Shown: positions 1-8,918 of the stretch, one piece after another | Layout of the letters: each line of letters begins with the position of its first letter | How positions within the stretch are numbered: position 1 is the stretch's first letter | From: Moniliella sp. 'wahieum' | Taxonomy: Eukaryota | Direction of reading: 5' to 3' | Assembly (NCBI GenBank): GCA_003971905.1 | Contig: RSEE01000143.1 | Span: forward strand, 112,912 to 132,911 | DNA length: 20,000 nucleotides | Notes under the pieces: generated by a model | Told to the model about the DNA's origin: nothing | Databases searched by the model: none | What the model saw: the letters and a program-made list of their open reading frames with translations, nothing else | Translations under genes and position numbers: made by a program

Positions 1-254
1 TGGCGGCTCCGGGGGTGGCCCCAGGGGGGGCACCACGGGGGCGCCATGGCGGGAACGGATGCGGACGCCGACGGGGGGGCACCGGGGCAGGTGAGAGCGC
101 AGGAGTGGTGCGTGGCGGGCGGGCGCGGGTGCGGGTGCAGGGGGGGAGCGAGTGCTGGGGCGGGGGCGGGGGCCGGCAGGAGCGCGTCGGGCGGGAAGGA
201 GGGGGCCATGACAGGAGCCGACATGGGCAGGGAGCTGGCCATGGCGGCGGCCAT
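1..254 (-). CDS. possible 5' end of a Pro/Ala-rich protein running off the left edge
   Basis: ATG at 254 (-) opens MAAAMASSLPMSAPVMAPSFPPDALLPAPAPAP... with no stop before the window edge and many C/G-ending codons. No family recognised; GC-rich DNA produces such ORFs by chance. Confidence 0.2.
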   Translation of the reverse strand, partial: MAAAMASSLPMSAPVMAPSFPPDALLPAPAPAPALAPPLHPHPRPPATHHSCALTCPGAPPSASASVPAMAPPWCPPWGHPRSR

Positions 255-1090
255 TGCGAGCTGAGCGCTGAGAGAGGCGGTGTGGTGGTGGTGGTGCGAT
301 GCGGGAGGACGAGTGTGTGCTGCTGCGTTCGTTTCGCAGCGCAGCGCCTCTGGCGCCAACCCCTCGCATGCTCCTGCATCAGCATCCGCGCCCCAGCCCA
401 GCACGCCGCCGCCCTGGCACCCACCTCCCCGATGGGCATGTGTGACAGCATGCAGCTCACATTCAGCACGCGTCACACATCACACATCACCATGCACTCT
501 TCCGCGTCCGCCCTCGAGTGCTGCGTTACGCAGGCCAGCTCACACGTCACGCGGGCCCGCAGCACGCGGCTGTGCGTGTTGCGGGGCTGCCGCAGCAGCC
601 GCCGTGTGAGCGCACCGCACACAATGGCCGTGGGATCTGGGACGCCGTGCGCCCGCGTGGGGCTGGGCAGCCCAGCGCCCGGCCGCAGCTGCCGCCACCC
701 ACCGCCCCCCCCCCGCGCGGGGGCAGTGTGGGTGGGCACGCATCCCACACCGCCATGGCACTCCAGAACTCGGTTCAGATTGCCTTGGCACGCCCCTGCC
801 CTCGCCCATGCACCCCGTGCATGCCGTCCCATGCCGTCCCATGCCTCCGGTCCCCCCGCGCTCGCCCAGCCAGGGTCCCCGTCTCTCTTCGCGGCCCTGC
901 AGGCACCAGGGCGCACCTGCTGCTCTGGCAACGCTTACCTACCCCTGGGTGCAAGCGCCAACCGGGTAATCCTTCTCAGGCCCCGCGCGTCCTCTCGGTG
1001 ACACACCACAGCATGTCCCAGTCTCATGCAAGGCATGCGTGACGCGTGACACTGCACTCCGTGATGGCATCAATGAAAGAATGACTGACG

Positions 1091-1151
1091 CATGATACAT
1101 GATGCATGATGCACATACATCACATGTCACATGTCACATGTCACATGTCAC
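1091..1151. repeat. 7-bp tandem repeats: (CATGATR)x3, then (CACATGT)x4
   Basis: Read directly: catgatacatgatgcatgatgca at 1091-1113 and cacatgt x4 at 1121-1148. Confidence 0.9.
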
Positions 1152-1640
1152 ACCCACTGCCCTCTTCGCTACCACTTCGTTCTGCTGCCTTCTTTACCTT
1201 GTGTGTGTTGTGTAAACAAGTGGACGCGTGTCGGCAACGTCCCACGTCCCGTGTCCCGACATGTGTCCAAAGTACCCTGTTGCCACCCTCCTTCACCGGG
1301 TCCATCGCTCCCTCCTTACGCACTTAAGCCTTAGGCCAGGCCTTATCACCACTTACACTCGCTACCTCAGGCCTCGGCCTCACCCCCTGTCCAGCAGCAA
1401 GCACCCTCGCTTGTCCGCCCGCCCGTATATCCCCCCTGCAGCTTCGCTTTCACCAGCAGATGACCTTGTGATTAATTTGTTTCTTTCGCTGCACCGCCCA
1501 CACCGCAAACCACGTGTCCCGAACGCCTGCTCACGCCTTGCTTACTCTCGTTGCCGCCACCCTGCATCCTCATAATGCACTCAGTCTCTACCTTATATGC
1601 ATGCGTTCATGTTCCCAGGTTCACATCATGTTCTTCTCAC

Positions 1641-1672
1641 ATCTCACCATCTCACCATCCCACCATCTCACC
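1641..1672. repeat. 8-bp tandem repeat (ATCYCACC)x4
   Basis: atctcacc atctcacc atcccacc atctcacc, read directly. Confidence 0.85.
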
Positions 1673-2463
1673 TTTCAAGACGTGACAGGACGTGACTGCC
1701 GTGATGATCGATGGTCGATGGTCGATGAGCGCGCTCAGGCTGAGCATTGAGCGAGTGGCAACGCCTCAACCTTCAACAGTTGTTGTGTGATGCATGATGA
1801 GACGTGGAGTCCTGATGGTCTTCGAGGGTGATGCAATCGCACAGGTGGTGGTGGTGGTGGTGGCAACCAGCAATGCCTGCAGAGGAACATCAAGCAGCGA
1901 GTCGCCGTCAGGGGCTAAGCTGCGGAACAAGGGAAAACAGGAGAGAGAAAACAACAGAATTCCTAGGCCTGAAGAGGAACTGAAGGGACATTGGCCAAAG
2001 CACGAGCCACCCAGTTCAACATTATGGTAACCCAATAATGCTAGAGTGCGACTTAGGAGCACTCGCGATCCTATGGATCAGCTGCAAAGCAGCCTTCAGA
2101 CAACAGGCGTGAAGGCAACGCGGTGAGCCACAAGTCTTCAAGCAACGTCTGAAGGGAAGGAGACAGGAGAGAGAGAAGGGAGATGAAGCGAGCAGGGCGT
2201 GCGCAGCCTGCGAGCGGAACTCTTCCGCCCGGCTAAGCGAGCGTCACCGATCTCTTAGATCGTGGGTTTTCGTACATGATGCAGATGGTGCAGGATGGAA
2301 TGGTCTTAATGGGCTCTTCCAATCTCATTGAATATTGATCGACGATCAGGGAGTTGATCGAGTCGATGCTCCCTGTTTGACTCATGACTCATCATTGTGC
2401 CCATGTTCTTCTGAGTACTCAACTGAGTACTCAGTGCGTACACAGGGATTCGCTCCATGGGTA

Positions 2464-3349
2464 TTAGGAAGGAGCCTGCCAAGCCATTCCTCGAAACTCT
2501 TGGTGGCACCTACCCAGGTCAATGAGGTTGAAAGGGAGCAGACCCTGCTTCTGATAAAATCCCACTGCTGGTAGAACCGCATGCAGGCGAGGGGAATGCC
2601 AGGGTGTCCCGGTTGTGTTATCCCCGATGGCACGTCCTCCAGTTGGGGCGACGTTTTGGCTGCCATCTCCTTGGCCTTGCCCAGTAGCGCCGCTCCCACC
2701 CCGTGCCACGCATCTGCTTATCAACGGCAAATAGGAGCACGACTGGACAAGGAGTACGTGTGGTGAGAGAAGCGACCTTGGCCAGGCCACACGAAACAGG
2801 AGGGGAGACGTACTAAGCACGCTGTTGGTGGGGAACTGTGTCGCGGTCCATGCGTCCGTAGCGGCAAAAACATCGCTCAGAGCCGTTTCGTTGAAGCCCT
2901 TAGGCGGCGTGCCCCGGGGCGGGAGGAGCGAATCAGCGTGAGCCAGTTGCTTGTGAGCCGCCTTGTCCTCGGCGCGGGGAACAATGCTAAACACCATCAT
3001 GCCCACCACGTGAACCGAGCCATCGGGCGCGATCTGCCTGGCACACCATAAGTGGGTGGGGAAAGGGTCGCGGAGCGCGCGCTGTGCCGAATCAGTGCTC
3101 GCCACATAAAAGCGGCGGATCATGCTGGTCCACCATGCACACCGTTCCTCCACCGTGTTCTCCGACGTTGACATCATCGCCGGCGTCATGGGCGTTAGGT
3201 CTGTTCGAATCGCGACAGTCAGATCACATACTCACGTACTTCTTGTCGTATGGGAGCAGGGGGTACCCACCCTCTGACCAGATCCGGCCCAGACCAGGGA
3301 TATCCTGTTCGGTGGCTGGGCCGTATTCAGTACGAACAGTGGCGGACAT
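2464..3349 (-). CDS. GNAT-family N-acetyltransferase (spliced, with frameshift errors; 3' end 2464 or 2382)
   Basis: ATG 3349 gives MSATVRTEYGPATEQDIPGLGRIW. Removing intron 2813-2743 (GTACGT..CAG) yields LFAVDKQMRGTG(V)GAALLGKAKEMA, the acetyl-CoA-binding motif A, followed by AVGFYQKQG (motif B-like). Another intron is probable near 3180-3240. Confidence 0.8.
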
Positions 3350-3603
3350 GATGGTGGCAAGAGACACCGCACGCTCTATGTGGGTCGCAGTCTTGGCATG
3401 AGAGGGCCGCCCCGTCGTTCCGCCTGCCATTCATTGTTTGTGGCCTGGCTTAATAGTAGTACTAGAGCAGGCTACGTGAGTGTGCCGATCCGGGCCCCCA
3501 AGTGCCCCCCTTCGAAACTGGACGCTTGGCTCGTTGAAGCTTGAGCTTGAGCCTCGGATCCAGCGATCAGATCGATCAGCCAGCGGCGGTAGACTCTCCC
3601 TCA

Positions 3604-3642
3604 CCATTGGCTGGCGGTCTGGTGACACGTGACGCGTGACGC
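3604..3642. promoter_or_regulatory. candidate elements in the divergent GNAT/RNR-like promoter: reverse CCAAT, CACGTG and MCB-like ACGCGT
   Basis: ccattgg at 3604-3610; gacacgt-gacgcgt-gacgc at 3624-3642 with ACGCGT at 3632-3637, about 240 bp upstream of the RNR-like ATG. Function is inferred only. Confidence 0.35.
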
Positions 3643-3873
3643 AAGGCCTGTTCAACTTTCAATGTTCGCCTCTCAAGTTTCAAAACGCCTGTCCAACTCA
3701 TTAAACCCTCCCATTCGGCTCAAACGTCAAACCTTAATGGGCGTGCTTAATGACGGGCGGAATTCGGGAGGCGGAGACAGCGCCCAGCTGGCCGCCTTGC
3801 TTTTTTCTCCAAGCTCGAGAACAGCCATTTACTTGGGGAAGCACTCCTGCTGCCCTCTCTCGAGTGGCCAACC

Positions 3874-6161
3874 ATGCCGCTGCTTCGGAAACGAGGTGCG
3901 TCTCCCCTCCCTTTCCTACCTTGCATCTTTCGGCCGGGAGCACTGACCCCCCACTCATCCGCCAGACGGACGACGAGAACGCTTCTCCCCTCGCAAGCTG
4001 GAGCGGCGCCTCGAGCAGTTGGGCGCCACCCAACTGCCGCCGGCCCCAGTGGTGGCCACGCTGCAAGCAGCCGTGTACGAAGGCATGTCCACGAAGGAAC
4101 TGGACAATGTGCTGTGCCGTGCCTTGGCCAGCCACGCGCTTGTGCACCCCGAGTACGAGCGGATCGCAGGCCAGGTGGCCCTGGCTGCGCTCTATCGCGA
4201 TACGGAGGTGGCGTTCAGCCGGGTGGCTCGGCAGGCCCGCCCTGAGCTGGTACGATGGGTGGACATGTACGGGCCGGAGCTCGATGCAATTGTGCAGCAC
4301 ACCAGGGATACTCGGCTGGGGTATGTGGCGGTGCAAACGCTCTGGCCGCACCTGTTGCAGGTTCAGGGACAGGTGGTGAGCGGCCCCAACATTTTTTTCT
4401 CCGTTGTGCTTTGGCCGTTCCGCATACCAGTCTCAATGAGGTACAAGAGAGGTACGATCTCCTTTCTCTTGGCATCCTCCTCCCCCCCGGCTTGACTGTG
4501 TGGTCCAGGGACAACAACACGCTCGCAATGGAAGATGACTCGCTGGAGGGTATCTTCAACACAGTCAAGGCCGCCGCGCTCACAGTCAATGAGGGGGCAG
4601 GCTGAGTGTCTCCAACATCCGTTCCGAGGGCACATCGATCGCTGGTACCGGGGGGCGATCCAGTGGGGTGGTGCCTATGCTGCGTGTGTAATGAGGCCGT
4701 GCGGAGCAACAATGGAACGATGCGGGTATATCTCGAGCCTTGGCATGCCGACCTGCTCTCCTTTCTCGATTTAGCTAAAGCGAACGGGAAAGAGGAGCGG
4801 CGGGCGCGATGGTTGGAATATGGACTGTGGGTGCCAGACCTGTTTATGAAACGGGTCGAACAAGACTTGCCGTGGTCCTTGATGAGTGCCGACGAGTGTC
4901 CCGGGTTGCAGACGGCGGTGGGCGCTGCGTTCGAGCAACTTTACGTCCAATACGAACAGGCCGGACGGCACGACGCACCTCCCCGCACGGGACTTGTGGA
5001 ATGCCATTCTCACTGCCCAACTGGAGACGGGAGGACCGGCTCTACTCTACAAGGACGCGGCCAACAGCAAGTCCAATGAACGCAATCTGGGCACTGTTCT
5101 CGGTAGCACCTTCCATACGGACGGGACACAGGTCGCCTCTCCCTCGGCAGCGCAGGTGAGGGGGAGCATTCTCTCTCTTACTTTATTGAGGGGGCCGAGA
5201 TCAACCACACAAGCTGCACCAACGAACAAAGGAGGTGGTATCATTCCTTGCTGCCATGGGCGGGCGTGCTCTCGGCATCTCCCTCTGCGGGTTGCTGGAC
5301 ACTTTCCATCTTCTTGGCGTGGCCTACGATTCGGTTGAGGCGCGTCGTATCAACCGTGAAGTGTTTGAGACGGCGTACATGCCGCGATGGAGCGGTCCAT
5401 GGAGCTGGCCCGGCAGCATGGACCCTATAGCGGATGGGAAGGCAGTCCCATCTCCCACGGCCAGTTCCAGTTCGACCTGTGGCCGCACGCTATGCTATCG
5501 GGACGGTACGACTGGGAGCAACTGCGCACCCAGGTCATGCAGACAGGGGTGCGGCACGCTCTTCTCCTAGCTCAAGGGGGTAGCGCCGCGATAGATCCTG
5601 CCGAGTCCAATGTGCTGTGCCACACTCTCAGCAATGGGCAACAAGTGGAGTATGTGCGACCGAGTCTGGTGCGTGCGTTGATCGCTCTCGATCTGTGGAA
5701 CGAGGGGATACGAGAACGGATTCTCCTCCGGCGGGAGCATTGCCTCTCTCACCGAAGTCCCAGCCTGGATCAAAGCGGTGTACAGGACGGGGTGGGAGAT
5801 GAGGCAGCGTGCAGTCTTGGACCAGGCGATTGAGCGGGCTCCCTTTTTGTGCCAATCCCAAACTATGGCGCTCCGCTTGGCGCACCCGACGCGCGGGCAA
5901 GTGACGAGCATGCACTTTTACGGCTGGAAGCACGGTTTGAAAACAGGGTGTACCCAACTGCTTACTTCCCCGCCCTGGCGCGGACGCAGCCGGGGCCACC
6001 CATTTACTACCCTGTCGACCCGCTCGCCCTCGGTTCGCTCCCGCTCCTCCTCTTGCTCCTCATCGCGTGCATCGGCTTCAACGTATAATACCACCGCTCT
6101 GCCCGAAACAGACGCAGCTCAGTGCTCGTTTGACGAGGGTTGCCTCATGTGTGGGGGCTAA
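3874..6161 (+). CDS. RNR1: class Ia ribonucleotide reductase large (alpha) subunit paralogue, predicted catalytically inactive (~740 aa after repairing about 8 indels)
   Basis: Exon 1 is 3874-3895 and exon 2 starts at 3966. Together they give MPLLRKRDGRRER (ATP cone), ERPQHFFLR, MEDDSLEGIFNT, VSNIRSEGTSIAGTGGRSSGVVPMLRV, YLEPWHAD, GKEERRAR, LWVPDLFMKRVE, ETGGPALLYKD, TSMHFYGWKHGLKTG and C-terminal GCLMCGG-stop. All are collinear with eukaryotic RRM1/RNR1. Frame breaks near 4378, 4601, 4689, 4970, 5170, 5210, 5378 and 5727. Confidence 0.93.
3896..3965 (+). other. spliceosomal intron (70 nt) in the RNR-like gene
   Basis: GTGCGT donor, pyrimidine tract, CTGAC branch point at 3943-3947 and CAG acceptor. 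Splicing restores KRDG in frame with ORF 4019..4495. Confidence 0.88.
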
Positions 6162-7363
6162 CTGCCTCTTCCGATACCTGAGCATGGACTCATCCACCTC
6201 ACTACTTTTTGTTCTCATTCGCGTTCGCTCCTCGTGCTTGTACAGATACCATTGCATGTATCTGTGTCTCCATCGATGGAGCTAGGCGGCCGAGAGTGAA
6301 ATGGGCGACATAACGTAGGTGTATTACGAGGGGGGGGGCTCAGTTTCCTGCCCCGGGCAAAGGCGGACGACTCGCATTCGTCAGGTTCTGCGAAAGTACT
6401 AGTATGCATCATGATTACATCCTGCTTTTCCCCCTCGTTTGGCTGAAAGATTTGGCTGATGGCTCGCGTAGCCCGTCTTCAGCGGTAAGTACTCCTCTCG
6501 TCAACCTGAAAGTCATGACTGTCTCGCAAGAGGAACCCCTTGTTCGTCTCTGCCTTATTGATATTTCCCCCAATGAAGACTCGCCTCTTTCCCCTGAGGC
6601 TCACCTCCACCATGGCCAGTATTACGCTCGGCGCTGCTGGGCTCGAAGGGGATTGGTGGGTCCCTCGCTCGCTCCGGATGTTATCTCCTCGCCGTGGCTG
6701 GAACACTTCTTTTGCCTATGCCCCCTTTCGGCTGCAACGAGGATGAATACGGCCCTGTCGCCAAAGAGAGCAGAATCCAGCTCTTACCTACCTAACGACC
6801 ACCTACTCGCTCCCCTGGCCTTTCGCCCTTGGACCCTGCCTGAGCGAGACCCTCCCACCCACACCCGGTGGATCCGTGGGCACCGCCCGAGCTATTTCTT
6901 GCTCCCCCAACACATCCGACGACAAGGCATGCAGTATTTTGAAAATGAGCTTGGCAAGACAAAAGGGCAAAGTGAAAGGGAAGACAAGGAAGCTTAAAGG
7001 TTAAACAGTTGTGATAAGGCCAAGGAGGCGTTAGTAGAAGAGCAATGGGCAGTGCTTGGCGCGATTGAGACAGAGGCGTGGAAGCTCAAGTTCATGAAGC
7101 AAGTTCCATGCATCCCAAATCCCGAGCGGGCACCGATCACAGCTGATGGGCTGGAAGCAGGGGGAATCAAGTAGAAAGGAATGGGAACAGCAATGCACAC
7201 ACTTGCTCCCACGCAACCTGCTTGAGGCACCTCTTTGGTTATCTTGGCACAGTTCCGCCAGGCTAGGGCACAGCACCGCATGTTGGTGACCGTGGTGGCG
7301 GGGGTGGGGGGGAACAGGGAGAGGGGGAGAGCGCGCAAGGGAGGGGGTAGCCAAATAAGGCAA

Positions 7364-8918
7364 TCATCTCCTCAGCAGAAGGGCGGGGAATACAATGGGT
7401 ATGAAAGAGATCGACCACGATAGTGGGGTGAAAAGAAGACTTTTGCTGGCGCTTTCAGAGGCCAGGCGTTCATAGTGCGCCCGTTGGCGAGGAAATTTGT
7501 TCTTGCTCCAGTTGAAAACGTAGATGGAAGACTTTTCAAAGCCATTCAGGGCGTACTTGGCAAACAGGGCCTCGTGTACGCGCTCTGTGGGACGCAGGAT
7601 GAAGTCCAACATGATGTTGGCCGTGGAGAGCAGTTCGGATTCAGAGTAGCCCGAGTAATGCACCATGTTGGGGTCCCAGGTCGGAGTGGTTTCAATCACC
7701 TCTCTTGCCAACCAGAACGCGGCAGCGGCAAGGAGTGAAGGCGGATGGCCGAGAAGGCGCATGTCCATGATGCTGATCTCCACCCTACATTGTGTCAGCG
7801 GCAACGAATGGCCGGGCAAAAAAATTATTAGGAGGGCACGACAGATACTTGGCAATGTTGCGAGTCTGGAGATCATACTCGTCTGCTTTGGAAATGCGAC
7901 GGAGAAAATTCAAGGGGTTGGGGTAGGACAGATCAAAGTTAAGGGTGCGGAGAATGTAGCGCTCAGCGCCCAGAATGTCTTGCTCAGATACAGCGGCCAT
8001 GTAGGCATAGTTTTCTACCGAAGGGCAAACTACCTCCTCGTACTTGGCCGCGAGGAAGGGGCTGCGGCGGCAAGCAGCTGGAGGCGATCAAGGGATACAA
8101 AGCGGACGCTGAGCATGCGATCCATCACGTTAACCGCTAAGAAAGCGTTTCGGACATGAGACGGAATTTGTGTTGTACACGGATCAGCCAGTTGATGGTC
8201 TTACACCGGTGTGCCCATGTCATATCCTCTTGCAGGTCAATGTAGTGCGGGTTGGGCAGTGTCTGGAGCTGGACACCCATCGGTCAGTCTGCCGTCTGCG
8301 TGCACGACGTGCCACAGCAAGTCCAACAAAGGACGAAGCGCGTACCTCGATCCTGCGCATGTAGGCGAAAATGTCCTGGACATACTCATACGCCATCGTC
8401 GGGTCCCTTCATCTTCCAGGTCCAGATCGGTCCAGCCGGCGTCCTTGGGGGGCAAGTCAGGGCGGCTGGGCGACTGAGGGACGTATGGGGGCAGGGGGGG
8501 CGAGGACAGGGCGGGGGCAAGAGCAGGCGCAGGAACAGGAGAAGGGGCAGGGTCAGGGTCAGGGTCAGGGTAACGAGCGCGCTTCGTCGGGCGGCTGGGG
8601 GCAGTGGTGCAAGAACGCTTTTTTCCGGCGACCTGTGGCTGCGGCGGGGTCGGGGCGTCGGGGTCGGCATTAGCCGAGCCGGGGTGGAGCGGCAGCCGTT
8701 CGCGTGCGACGGCAGCCGACGCGTTTCCAACGCTGGCGGTGGGCCCATGGGGGTCGGGGAGCCGCCGGGGGGCAGGGCCAGAGGGGCGAGCAACGTCATG
8801 GCACCCCCAGCTCCCGGTGGTGGCAGCGCGCCAGCTGGGGTGGGCGCCAGGCAGGCAGAACTTATGGCCTGGCTGCCGAGCGGCGGCCACACACGCCCTG
8901 TGCTGAGTGGGCTGTCAT
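7364..8918 (-). CDS. B-type (G2/M) cyclin, divergent; start uncertain (8918 is one candidate ATG)
   Basis: DLDLEDEG(D)PTMAYEYVQDIFAYM, intron 8345-8269, then WAHRCKTINWLIRVQHKFRLMSETL, LAVNVMDR, AAKYEEVVCPSV, AERYILRTLNFDLSYPNPLNFLRRISKADEYD, intron 7842-7785, then PPSLLAAAAFWLAR and HYSGYSESEL. These are the N- and C-terminal cyclin boxes. The N-terminus is Pro-rich with basic KKR/KRAR stretches. Confidence 0.92.

Noticed and set aside
1..1000. Very GC-rich block with many long overlapping ORFs; possible foreign DNA or chimeric join
   Set aside because: The ORFs are low-complexity with no recognisable domain, and similar GC richness occurs in the cyclin 5' region (8440-9050).
5156..5234. 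Apparent intron (GTGAG..AG) in the RNR-like gene
   Set aside because: With indel repair it encodes GSI(S)LSYFIEG..KLHQRTKEVV, collinear with canonical ASIAL..KLHEVTKVV, so it is exon.
3874..6161. Viral or horizontally acquired RNR
   Set aside because: It has a spliceosomal intron, a eukaryote-type C-terminus, and no viral genes nearby.
6404..6997. 197-aa + strand ORF between the RNR-like gene and the cyclin
   Set aside because: No motif or clear codon bias; cannot be supported as a gene.
7031..7363. Cys-rich ORF (CVHC, CDRC) in frame after the cyclin stop, suggesting readthrough or a zinc finger
   Set aside because: No ATG start, spacing matches no zinc-finger family I know, and it is probably 3' UTR.
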